DNA of 42,322 bases from a virus (taxonomy: Duplodnaviria > Caudoviricetes): the IMG/VR virus record IMGVR_UViG_3300009104_000041, positions 1 to 42,322 of that record, one strand, 5' to 3'. Position numbers and translations under genes: made by a program. Of this stretch, positions 31,236 through 40,724 are shown in pieces; within the stretch, counting starts at the first letter, position 1; every line of letters begins with the position of its first letter. Below the pieces are notes generated by a model, which searched no databases, was not told the DNA's origin, and was given only the letters and a program-made list of their open reading frames with translations.

Positions 31236-34200
31236 ATGACGCAAAAAACAAATCTAAATGTCACACCGTATTATGATGATTTTTCTGAGAGTGACAACTA
31301 TCATAGAGTATTATTTCGTCCTGGATTCGCAGTACAGGCTAGAGAACTAACACAACTTCAGACGATTCTACAAAATCAGATACAACGATTTAGTGACCAT
31401 ATTTTTAGAGAAGGTGCTATCGTTATTCCTGGTCATATAGGATATGATGATAAGTATTATGCTGTAAAATTACAATCAACTTTTAGTAGCGCAGCTATAT
31501 CATCTTATCTATCTTCCTATGATGGAACAATTATTACAGGCGCTACATCAGGTGTTACTGCTAAAGTTATTGGATATGCCGCGGCAAGTGGTGATGACCC
31601 AGAAACTTTATATGTAAAATATATTAATACAAATACAACAGATAATGCTACCGTAACATTTTCTGATGGAGAAAATATATCATCTGATAGTGGTGTAGGT
31701 TCTTATAGTGCTAATGCTGCTTCTGCTACAACAGCTGCTACAAGTCCGGTCGCAACAGGTTCTGCAGTAACAGTTAAATCGGGTATCTTTTATATTAGGG
31801 GAAACTTTGTACAGGCATCAGATGAAACTTTAGTATTAGACAAATATACAAATACCCCATCTTATAGAGTTGGATTTACTGTTACAGAAACTTTAGTTAC
31901 TCCAGAAAATGCAAGTGGTCTATTAGATAATGCTACAGGGGCAACAAACTATGCTGCTAAAGGAGCACATAGATTAAAAATAACTTTAGCGTTAGCTAAA
32001 TTATCTTTAACGTCTACGTCCGATGCTAATTTTGTAGAACTTCTCCGAGTAGAGAATGGTATACTCAAAAAGATAGTTGATAAAACAGAATATAGCGTTA
32101 TTGAGAGAATGCTTGCTCGTAGAACTTATGAAGAATCTGGTAACTATTCAGTAAAATCATTTCAACTGACTGCTAGAGAACATTTGGATAATGGAACAAA
32201 TAATGGAGTATATACTTCTAGTGCTGGTGGAGATGCAACAAAATTAGCTTTAGTATGTGGTGCCGGTAAGGCCTTTGTTAAAGGTCACGAAATCGAAAAG
32301 ATATCTCCCGACCTTTTAACTATTAATAAAGCTAGAACAACTAAATCAGTCAATAATGATTTTATTCCATTTAATATGGGCAACTATGCTGAAGTTACGA
32401 ATATACATGGATCGCCAGATATTTCATTAGTTAGTACTACACAAGACCCATTTAAGAAAGTTATAATTTATGATACATTAACATCTACTAGGGGTACTGC
32501 TTCTGGTTCTATAGTTGGTGTTGCACGCTCAAGAGCATTTGAATATTCTAGTGGTACAGCTGGTGCTACATCAAGTAATGCTACATCAATCTATAAACAT
32601 TATTTGTTTGATGTACAGATGATGACCAATATTACGATGTCTGGTAATGTAACTATAGCGGCTAAAGGATTAGTAACAGGATCAACTAGTGGAGCTACAG
32701 GCTATCTATATGCAGCTGTATCTAGTGGTACTGCTTTACAATTACTACAAGTAGAAGGAACATTTGTTACCGGCGAAGCAATAACAGCTACAGGCACCGG
32801 CGCTAGTACAGGTAGTGTAACAATTTCAGCAATAGTTGTTAAGGACTTTTCTAAAGATGCTAAACAATTGTTTATGGCTAATACAGGTATATCGGGGGCT
32901 GATTATAGTGCTGATGTAAGACTTACATCAACATTGACGCTAAATGGTACATGGCGAACCGAAACTTCAGGTACAGATAATTTAATAGGTGTATCTGGTT
33001 ATGATACTTCCCAAGTACAGGTGGGAGATGTTGTTGCTATACCAACTGGAGCGGCTGGTGCTACTGAAGATAGAGTGGTTGATGGAATAACGGCTACAGC
33101 GTTATCATTTACAGCAGCGCCAAGTACTGATGCTCTTACAACAGCGGATGTTGTTAGAAAACGAGCAGAAATTAAAGAACAAGAAGAAACTGTAATGGTT
33201 ATGAAAATGCCGCAAGACAATATAAGTTCATTATTGACAAGTGGTGCTACAGATACAACGTATACAGTACGGCGACAGTTTCAAGGAACAACAAACGGCA
33301 GTGGTGCTGTAACATTTACTGCTAATAGTGGTGAAGCATTCGCAGCTCATGCTGAAAAGGATTATACACTTGAAATCTTAACAGCTGGTGGCGGTGGTCC
33401 TAGCGGCGCACAAAGTGATTTGGTCACAGCATCTACAGGATTTGTGCTATCAGGTACACCATCTGGTAACACATTAACGATTACTAATAATGGAGTATTA
33501 GGTACTAGTGCTGTTGTAAAACTTACAGCCACACTATCAGTAGGCACTAAATCTCATAAGACTAAAACAGCAAATAAAACACAAACTGTTACTATTGTAA
33601 ATGATGGTACTACATCAAGCTATGATAGTAAAACATATGGTCATAGAGTTGGTGATAAAGAAGTTTCTATAGGAGTTACCGATGTATATAAAGTTCATGC
33701 TGTTTATGAATCAGCTGCTATTGCTACAACTCCTACTCTACCACAGATAACATTGGCGGCTTCAGGATCATATACAAATGGTGAAACAATTACAGGAAGT
33801 TCATCTGGCGCTACGGGTACTGTTATAGACAATACGGGTACTGCATTAAAATATGTAAAGGGCACTGGAACATTTACAACATCAGATACAATTTCGGGCG
33901 GCACAAGTGGTCATTCTAATACAGTATCTGCTATTGCTGCCGTAGGCGATACAAATATTTTATCTAGATTTTTGTTAGATACAGGTCAACGAGATTCATT
34001 TTATGATATTTCTAGACTGGTAAGAAAACCGGATCAGGTCACACCTACAGGTCAGCTGACTATAGTATATTCTAATTTTTCTCACGGTACTGGTGATTAT
34101 TTTTCAGCAGATAGTTATTCAGGTCAAATAGATTATGGAGAAATTCCATATTATATTGCTAATAAAATTGACCCAGATACATTAGCTCCAGTGGGACAAT

Positions 34201-37200
34201 ATCCACTGAGTAGTTCATTAGATTTTAGACCAGCTGTTGCCTCTGTAGCAGTAACAACTACAAATGAACCTTTTAATTTTGATACTAGATTATTTGAAGG
34301 TACAGGTTCATCCCAAGTTGATTTGCCTAAAGTAGATGATAATATTAGAGCAGATTATTCTTATTATTTGCCACGCCGAGATGCGTTGTTTTTGAGAGAT
34401 TCGGGTCAGTTTGAATATATAGAAGGTACACCAGATGAAGAACCTTCATATCCAAATCCAAATCTTCCTAATGCTATGCTAATAGCTACAACAGATGTTG
34501 GTGCATATACCTATGATGAACAGGATATACTTATTAATAGGCAAGATAATCGACGGTATACCATGAAAGATATTGGTTTGCTAGACCGTAGAATTAAGAA
34601 TTTAGAGTATTATACATCTTTAGGGTTGTTAGAAACAGATACACAAACTTTTCAGATACAAGATGCTAATGGATTGGATAGATATAAGTCAGGATTTATA
34701 GTAGATAATTTTACTGGACATAAAATTGGTAATGTTACACATCCAGATTATGAAACGTCAATGGATCCAATGAAGCAACATTGTCGGCCAAAGGCGTTTA
34801 TGGATGCTGTAAATTTAATAGAAGAAAATACAACAGACGCAGAAAGAACAGCATCTGGATATCAAAAGACAGGTAATTGTTTTACTTTACCATATACTCA
34901 TACTGCTACAATAACACAACCTTATGCTACTAGAATAGAATATGTAAATCCATTTAATGTTGTAACTTGGATAGGCAATATAGTTTTAGATCCCGCAAAT
35001 GATACTTGGATGGATACTACAACAGTACCTTCTATTACGATAAACGTAGACGGTGAGTATGACCAAATGATGCAAGAATATGCTGACCAATTGGGTACAG
35101 TTTGGGGATCTTGGGAAACAGTATGGACAGGCCCTGGCCACAATACTGGTACTGACCAAAGACATTCATATTACCAATATCACCAAGGTAAAAAACGGAG
35201 TCTCCGAATAGGTAGAATACACAGACATTATACAAATATTAAACAGAAACGTACTGGAACTAATACTGGAATAACACCTTATTGGACGGAAGAGTCTGCT
35301 GGATTTACAACACTATCTTCCGATATTATTCCATATATGAGGTCTAGAGATGTAAACTTTACAGTTACAAATCTTAAACCTCATACTAGAGTATATACAT
35401 TCTTTGATACAATAGGAGTATCAACACATTGTAGACCTACGGGCAGTAGTGCTGGTTCTACTCTATTGAACGGTGCTCTTACAAAAATAGCAACAACTAT
35501 AACTGTAGATTCTACTACGGGATTTCCTTCAACTGGAACTATAAGCATAGGTTCTGAAAAGATTACTTATACTGGAACAACGGCAACAACATTTACAGGA
35601 TGTACTAGAAATTCTGATGTTGCTCTATCAGAAGCTGCGGCTCATGCTGATGATTCAGCAGTAAGTGGGTCTGTAAATGGTATGCCAATGATTACTGATG
35701 CTGTAGGTACTTTAACGGGAACCTTTACTATACCTAACTCAACAGCATTAAGATTTTCTGTTGGAGAAAAAGAATTTAGAATTACAGATAGTGCTACAGA
35801 CTCTAGATTATATGGATATGTTGAATCTTCAGCAACAACATCTTATACTGCTGCTGGTACGTTGCAAACAATACAAGAAACTATCCACAATGTAAAACGT
35901 GGAGAATTGACACAGACTACAGTAGAATCTGGTATTGTTCACAATGAAGGATGGTCTGCCGGTTCTTTTGAATTAGAAAAAGAAATACACGTTGGCGACC
36001 CATTAGCTCAAAGTTTTCAAGTACAAACAGAAGGCGGGGAATTTATTACTAAAGTTGATGTTTTCTTTTCCCATAAAGATGCTACATTGCCAGTAACACT
36101 AGATGTTAGAACAGTAACATCTGGTTATCCTAGTAGAACAGTTTTACCATTTTCTACAGTTACGAAAGCCCCAGCGGATGTAAATGTAGATGCTGCTGGT
36201 ACATCTAATACTGCTACAACATTTACCTTTGAGTCACCAATATATCTAGAATTTGATAAAGAATATGCTATAGTATTACGTTCTAATTCTAGTACTTATA
36301 GAGTTTGGATATCTAGAGTGGGTGAAACAGAGGTTGGTGGAACTAGAGCAGTGTCGGTACAACCTACATTAGGTTCATTATTTAAATCTCAGAATGCAAC
36401 AACGTGGACAGCTTCACAACTTGAAGATTTAAAGTTTACTCTGTATCGAGCCGAGTTTGATACTACTGCCGCTGGTGAAGTTACTTTGGTTAATGAAGAA
36501 TTAACTGCTGCCTCTGGTGGTATTAAAACATTAGTAGAAAATCCGATAAAGACAGCATCTGGTGATGCTACTATAAAAATAAATTTCCCGAATCATGGAA
36601 TGCACTCTGCTAGTAATAATGTAACAATATCTGGGGTAAAAGGAGATGTAACCAATACGTTGTTAAACGGTGCTATTTCAAATAGTGCAACTACTATCGT
36701 TGTAGATAGTCAGGCTGGATTCCCTTCAGCAGGCACAATTAAAATTGATGATGAAATTATTACTTACACAGGCAAATCTAGTACAACAGATTTAACTGGA
36801 TGCACAAGGGGTACTAGTAGTACAACTGCTGCAACACATGAAGATAACAGTGTATGTGAGCTTTATATGATTGCCGGTATTTCTTTGATTAATGTAAATA
36901 AAACTCATACAGCAATTTCTGGTATAGAGTTGGATAGTTTTACTGTTGAAACTGGTACTAATGCTACATCAACAATAGTTGGTGGTGGTGCTTCAGTAAC
37001 GTGTACTAGGAATATTTCTTTTGATGTTGCTAGGCCCATGATTGAGAATGCTCAATATCAAGATACCTCTGTTACTGCTACAGCTAGAACTACAACAGGT
37101 ACTTCAGTGAGTGGTTCAGAAACTTCATTTTCATTAACATCGTTAGCGAATGCTTATTCAGTACCTTTAAATGCTGATGGCCATTATGCTGCTCCTCAAA

Positions 37201-37784
37201 TTGTTTGTTCACAAATAAATGAGACTAATGAAAGTGTTGGTAAATCTTATAGACTTATAAACACAATATCGTCCTCAAAATCTACTTTAAGTCCTGTTAT
37301 ATTAAATGAAAGGATGTACCTATTAACAGTGGCCAATAGGGTGGATAGTATTGATACATCTGGTGATGTGGGTGCTCTTACTGAATATGCAAATAGTAAA
37401 CAACCAAAGGGTGATAATAATACTGGTATCTATATTACAGATAAGATTACTTTGGAACTTCCAGCTACATCATTAAAAGTTTATCTTGATGGTTGTGTTA
37501 TGTCGGATGCTTCAATTGAAGTTATGTATAAGGTATTAAGAACAGATGAAAATGCTATATTTGATGATTTGGGATGGACATATTTTAATACAACAGGTAT
37601 ACCAGATTCGACAGTACCAACATCTAAAAACTTTTTTGGAGAAAAGGATTTTAAAGAGTATGAATATAGTGTTGACTCATTAGAAGATTTTATTTCCTTT
37701 GCTATTAAGATAGTAATGAAATCTACAAATTCCTCTTTTCCGCCAGTAATTAAATCTTTTAGAACTATAGCGTTGGCGACATAA
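31236..37784 (+). CDS. Large virion structural protein (VrlC/DUF4815-like)
   Basis: TNLNVTPYYDDF...VLFRPG..VQARELTQLQ.ILQNQ, RYTMKDIG.L..RI.NLEYYTSL.LLE and DPLAQSF motifs; 2182 aa, immediately after gp8. Confidence 0.88.
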   Translation: MTQKTNLNVTPYYDDFSESDNYHRVLFRPGFAVQARELTQLQTILQNQIQRFSDHIFREGAIVIPGHIGYDDKYYAVKLQSTFSSAAISSYLSSYDGTIITGATSGVTAKVIGYAAASGDDPETLYVKYINTNTTDNATVTFSDGENISSDSGVGSYSANAASATTAATSPVATGSAVTVKSGIFYIRGNFVQASDETLVLDKYTNTPSYRVGFTVTETLVTPENASGLLDNATGATNYAAKGAHRLKITLALAKLSLTSTSDANFVELLRVENGILKKIVDKTEYSVIERMLARRTYEESGNYSVKSFQLTAREHLDNGTNNGVYTSSAGGDATKLALVCGAGKAFVKGHEIEKISPDLLTINKARTTKSVNNDFIPFNMGNYAEVTNIHGSPDISLVSTTQDPFKKVIIYDTLTSTRGTASGSIVGVARSRAFEYSSGTAGATSSNATSIYKHYLFDVQMMTNITMSGNVTIAAKGLVTGSTSGATGYLYAAVSSGTALQLLQVEGTFVTGEAITATGTGASTGSVTISAIVVKDFSKDAKQLFMANTGISGADYSADVRLTSTLTLNGTWRTETSGTDNLIGVSGYDTSQVQVGDVVAIPTGAAGATEDRVVDGITATALSFTAAPSTDALTTADVVRKRAEIKEQEETVMVMKMPQDNISSLLTSGATDTTYTVRRQFQGTTNGSGAVTFTANSGEAFAAHAEKDYTLEILTAGGGGPSGAQSDLVTASTGFVLSGTPSGNTLTITNNGVLGTSAVVKLTATLSVGTKSHKTKTANKTQTVTIVNDGTTSSYDSKTYGHRVGDKEVSIGVTDVYKVHAVYESAAIATTPTLPQITLAASGSYTNGETITGSSSGATGTVIDNTGTALKYVKGTGTFTTSDTISGGTSGHSNTVSAIAAVGDTNILSRFLLDTGQRDSFYDISRLVRKPDQVTPTGQLTIVYSNFSHGTGDYFSADSYSGQIDYGEIPYYIANKIDPDTLAPVGQYPLSSSLDFRPAVASVAVTTTNEPFNFDTRLFEGTGSSQVDLPKVDDNIRADYSYYLPRRDALFLRDSGQFEYIEGTPDEEPSYPNPNLPNAMLIATTDVGAYTYDEQDILINRQDNRRYTMKDIGLLDRRIKNLEYYTSLGLLETDTQTFQIQDANGLDRYKSGFIVDNFTGHKIGNVTHPDYETSMDPMKQHCRPKAFMDAVNLIEENTTDAERTASGYQKTGNCFTLPYTHTATITQPYATRIEYVNPFNVVTWIGNIVLDPANDTWMDTTTVPSITINVDGEYDQMMQEYADQLGTVWGSWETVWTGPGHNTGTDQRHSYYQYHQGKKRSLRIGRIHRHYTNIKQKRTGTNTGITPYWTEESAGFTTLSSDIIPYMRSRDVNFTVTNLKPHTRVYTFFDTIGVSTHCRPTGSSAGSTLLNGALTKIATTITVDSTTGFPSTGTISIGSEKITYTGTTATTFTGCTRNSDVALSEAAAHADDSAVSGSVNGMPMITDAVGTLTGTFTIPNSTALRFSVGEKEFRITDSATDSRLYGYVESSATTSYTAAGTLQTIQETIHNVKRGELTQTTVESGIVHNEGWSAGSFELEKEIHVGDPLAQSFQVQTEGGEFITKVDVFFSHKDATLPVTLDVRTVTSGYPSRTVLPFSTVTKAPADVNVDAAGTSNTATTFTFESPIYLEFDKEYAIVLRSNSSTYRVWISRVGETEVGGTRAVSVQPTLGSLFKSQNATTWTASQLEDLKFTLYRAEFDTTAAGEVTLVNEELTAASGGIKTLVENPIKTASGDATIKINFPNHGMHSASNNVTISGVKGDVTNTLLNGAISNSATTIVVDSQAGFPSAGTIKIDDEIITYTGKSSTTDLTGCTRGTSSTTAATHEDNSVCELYMIAGISLINVNKTHTAISGIELDSFTVETGTNATSTIVGGGASVTCTRNISFDVARPMIENAQYQDTSVTATARTTTGTSVSGSETSFSLTSLANAYSVPLNADGHYAAPQIVCSQINETNESVGKSYRLINTISSSKSTLSPVILNERMYLLTVANRVDSIDTSGDVGALTEYANSKQPKGDNNTGIYITDKITLELPATSLKVYLDGCVMSDASIEVMYKVLRTDENAIFDDLGWTYFNTTGIPDSTVPTSKNFFGEKDFKEYEYSVDSLEDFISFAIKIVMKSTNSSFPPVIKSFRTIALAT

Positions 37785-37990
37785 TGTATCATCAGGTAAA
37801 GGGACATAAAGATTTAGTTAGAGATATAAATTCTAATGCTATACTAAATGTAAATAAAAACGCTTACGAGGCAGCAAGAGAACGGGATAGAAGGATAAAA
37901 AAAGAAAAAGAGGAGATAAATATACTTAAGCGAGATGTAAGTGAAATTAAGGATATGCTCCAGAAACTTTTGGAACAAAACAATGGCTGA
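37784..37990 (+). CDS. Conserved small T4-like phage protein
   Basis: V.GH..LVRD..S.AI.N motif and coiled-coil C-terminus. Confidence 0.75.
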   Translation: MYHQVKGHKDLVRDINSNAILNVNKNAYEAARERDRRIKKEKEEINILKRDVSEIKDMLQKLLEQNNG

Positions 37991-38177
37991 TAGAACAACA
38001 CCAGTAACAATGACATTTGAAGAATGGCGAGTAGAGTTTAATGAACTTGCTGTAGATGTTGGAGATATAGCAAATTTAAATGCAGATTTTACGGGTACAC
38101 CAACAGATATTATAGAGGCCATTGGGTCAAAGGCTACAAAGCCCTTTGCTATTTCTATGGCAATAGCTCTAGGATAA
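37983..38177 (+). CDS. Small structural (fibre-associated) protein
   Basis: TFEEWRV.FN.L..DVGD motif; ends F.ISMAIALG. Confidence 0.7.
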   Translation: MADRTTPVTMTFEEWRVEFNELAVDVGDIANLNADFTGTPTDIIEAIGSKATKPFAISMAIALG

Positions 38178-38183
38178 AAACAT

Positions 38184-38191
38184 TATAAATA
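38184..38191 (+). promoter_or_regulatory. T4-type late promoter TATAAATA
   Basis: Exact consensus, intergenic. Confidence 0.75.
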
Positions 38192-38211
38192 TATACAGGA
38201 AATAAAAAAAG

Positions 38212-38541
38212 ATGGCTAACGATTTCAAAATGGTAACGGCAGAGAATATTGGCACTAGTCAAGTGACTCTATATACATCGCCCGCATCAAAAACTACAAT
38301 AATTTTAGAATTAGATATTGCTAATATTACGGGCAGTACTATTCTAATGGACGTTGAGATAACTGATAATTCGGCCTCAAGAACAGTGTATCTAGTTAAA
38401 GATGCTGCTATACCATCGAGGGCGGCTTTGAAAGCTATCAACGGACAAAAGATTGTTCTAGAGGCACAAGACGCAATTAAAGTAACCTCTGATACTGCTA
38501 CATCAGCTGATGTAGTGTTAAGTATCCTAGAGGATGTATAA
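38212..38541 (+). CDS. Virion structural protein
   Basis: MANDFK...LYT.P...TTI...KIVLE..D.IKV...SILE pattern. Confidence 0.75.
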   Translation: MANDFKMVTAENIGTSQVTLYTSPASKTTIILELDIANITGSTILMDVEITDNSASRTVYLVKDAAIPSRAALKAINGQKIVLEAQDAIKVTSDTATSADVVLSILEDV

Positions 38542-38544
38542 ATA
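38537..38544 (+). promoter_or_regulatory. T4-type late promoter TATAAATA
   Basis: Exact consensus overlapping the upstream stop codon. Confidence 0.7.
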
Positions 38545-38568
38545 ATAGAAAAACGGAGTAATTAGAAA

Positions 38569-39276
38569 ATGCCAAGTTATATAGGAGCCCCATGGACAGT
38601 ACTGATTGATGATGGCACTGTTACTACAGCTAAATTAGCAGCAGATGCTGTTACTACTGCTAAAATTACGGACGCTAATGTTACATTTGCTAAGATTCAA
38701 AACGTAGCAGCGAACTCGATTTTAGGAAGAAATGCTAATAGTTCTGGTGTATTGTCAGAAGTTGCATTAGCAACAACACAGATTCTTATAGGCGACGGTA
38801 CAGGATTTACTGCTGCAGCCATTTCGGGTGATGCAACAATGGCTAACACTGGAGCGTTATCACTTGCTACAGCAGCTATAACGGGTCGAACCGAACTTTC
38901 TGCTGAAACCCCTGCTACAACTGATATGTTTTTGATTTACGATGCTTCTGCAACAGCATTCAAAAAGATTTCAGCGCTTACAATGGGATTAACTTGGCAA
39001 GAAGTTTCTGGTAACGTCACATTAGTAGAAGGTGGACAGTATATAGTTGATTGTTCTTCAGCAAGAACATTAACATTACCGGCGTCACCAGCTATTGGTG
39101 ACCATGTCAGAATCACAGATGGTACAGGTCAAGCGGGCACAAACAACATTACAGTGGCTAGAAATAGTCAACCCATACAAGGCGCAGCGGCCGATTTAAC
39201 TATCGGCACAAATAGAGCATCCATCGGCCTTGTATATTATAACGGAACACATGGTTGGTTACTGATAGAGAACTAA
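38569..39276 (+). CDS. Short tail-fibre-like structural protein
   Basis: VTTAKLA/VTTAKI repeats; C-terminal TLTLPASP..GD....D.......NITV.RN...I.G...L.Y.....GW domain. Confidence 0.75.
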   Translation: MPSYIGAPWTVLIDDGTVTTAKLAADAVTTAKITDANVTFAKIQNVAANSILGRNANSSGVLSEVALATTQILIGDGTGFTAAAISGDATMANTGALSLATAAITGRTELSAETPATTDMFLIYDASATAFKKISALTMGLTWQEVSGNVTLVEGGQYIVDCSSARTLTLPASPAIGDHVRITDGTGQAGTNNITVARNSQPIQGAAADLTIGTNRASIGLVYYNGTHGWLLIEN

Positions 39277-39279
39277 TAG

Positions 39280-39855
39280 ATGGCGACATTAACTAGTATT
39301 AAAAATAAATATCTTGTAGATAGTGATGCTTATGATTTGGGAGTTGGCGATAATTCAAATAACATCGCTTTACTTGCTTTTAAAGTAGCTACACAAGATA
39401 GTTTAGCGGTATTTAATTTAGTGGACGGAGTATCGGATGAGTTTGAAGATGAGACCGGAGTAGATACTGGTAACTCTGCAAACGAATCATATGATTCTTC
39501 AAATGATTTGTATACACAAACAACTAATGGAGATTTAACTCTAATAAGTGCTGCTACTACAGCTGAATCAGCACCTAGTGATGCTCGAATAGTTATATTT
39601 GAACAAGATATAGATTCTATAACTATTAATACCGACCTTAAAGCCTATGTGTCAAGAGATGGCGGAACAAATTATAGTGAAGTTACTTTGACAGATGAAG
39701 GTGATTATGCTTCGGGTAAACAGATATTAGCAGGATCAGTAGATGTTTCGGGTCAACCCTCTGGAACATCTATGAGATGGAAAATTAGGGGTTTCAACAA
39801 CTCAGGTGATGCAAAAGAATTTAATTTACACGGCGTTTGCTTAACCTGGGGCTAA
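39280..39855 (+). CDS. Tail-fibre-type protein consisting only of conserved N- and C-terminal modules
   Basis: NIALLAFK.A....FNLVDG..DEFED.TG.D joined directly to TLIS...TA...P...NTDLKAYVSRDGG...HGV.L.W. Confidence 0.65.
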   Translation: MATLTSIKNKYLVDSDAYDLGVGDNSNNIALLAFKVATQDSLAVFNLVDGVSDEFEDETGVDTGNSANESYDSSNDLYTQTTNGDLTLISAATTAESAPSDARIVIFEQDIDSITINTDLKAYVSRDGGTNYSEVTLTDEGDYASGKQILAGSVDVSGQPSGTSMRWKIRGFNNSGDAKEFNLHGVCLTWG

Positions 39856-39882
39856 ACGTAAATATTTAATGGAGAAATAAAG

Positions 39883-40077
39883 ATGGCAGTCAGGAGATTA
39901 ATTCCAACACCAGTGGATTACAAAGACCATAGGAAACTTGAGTATCCTACACTGGGAGATATGGTGGATGCACTGGTAAAGAAAGAAGGCGGCGATTCTA
40001 CTGAGTGGGATGCCTTGGTGACAAAACGTGCAGCTGTTAAAACCAAATGGCCCACAGATAATTCTGGTCCTAAATAA
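39883..40077 (+). CDS. Tail-fibre assembly/chaperone-like small protein
   Basis: Y...R..EYP..GD..DAL.....VK.KWP motif; GGAG RBS. Confidence 0.65.
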   Translation: MAVRRLIPTPVDYKDHRKLEYPTLGDMVDALVKKEGGDSTEWDALVTKRAAVKTKWPTDNSGPK

Positions 40078-40098
40078 ATTCACTTTAATAAGTAAAAT

Positions 40099-40127
40099 AA
40101 GGCGTCCTTTATGGGCGCCTTTTTTTT
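40099..40127 (+). terminator. Rho-independent terminator
   Basis: AAGGCGTCC-TTTAT-GGGCGCCTT stem-loop; the T run after the GC stem is 8 nt long. Confidence 0.85.
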
Positions 40128-40140
40128 GTATTCGTTTTAT

Positions 40141-40148
40141 TATAAATA
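40141..40148 (+). promoter_or_regulatory. T4-type late promoter TATAAATA
   Basis: Exact consensus right after the terminator. Confidence 0.8.
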
Positions 40149-40173
40149 GTAGAAAATATAGGACTTCAATAAT

Positions 40174-40722
40174 ATGGCTTCAATTAGCAATATATCTATA
40201 GACCAAGGTGCTACATATTCTACTTCAGTAATAGTAGCAGCTCCAAATGCTTCAACTACATTAAACGGAGCATTAAATAACAGTGCTACAACGGTTACTG
40301 TCTATTCTACTGTGGGATTTCCAGATGTAGGAACTATTAAGATTGGAAATGAAACGATAACGTATACTGGAAAATCATCGACAACATTTACAGGAGCAAC
40401 TAGAGGAGCGTCATCTACAACGGCTGCTGCACATCTAACAAATGCTGCTGTAACTTATACTGCTGGAGCTGTTAATTTAACTGGGTATTCAGTTTTAGCA
40501 CAGATTAGAAAAAATTTTGGATCATCAACAGCAACTGCTTTTGCAAGTACTATTACAAATGCTACAGAAGGTGAGATAGCACTTTCATTGACTGATACTC
40601 AAACAGCGGCTTTGAATGATGGTAGATATCAATGGGATTGTAAAATAACAGGACCATCAGGAACAGTTACAAGAGTTATAGAGGGTATTGCTACCATCAA
40701 CCCAAGTGTATCTAGGAGTTAA
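40174..40722 (+). CDS. Virion structural protein
   Basis: N.SIDQGAT....NLTGY...AQIRK...GRY.WD...RVIEG...I.P.V pattern with an inserted module. Confidence 0.75.
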   Translation: MASISNISIDQGATYSTSVIVAAPNASTTLNGALNNSATTVTVYSTVGFPDVGTIKIGNETITYTGKSSTTFTGATRGASSTTAAAHLTNAAVTYTAGAVNLTGYSVLAQIRKNFGSSTATAFASTITNATEGEIALSLTDTQTAALNDGRYQWDCKITGPSGTVTRVIEGIATINPSVSRS

Positions 40723-40724
40723 AT

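Noticed and set aside
35140-35260. Basic His/Arg/Tyr-rich stretch inside the 2182-aa virion protein, as a possible intein, frameshift or DGR variable region
   Set aside because: The frame is continuous, there are no intein motifs, and no template repeat or reverse transcriptase is seen; it is likely an ordinary variable loop.
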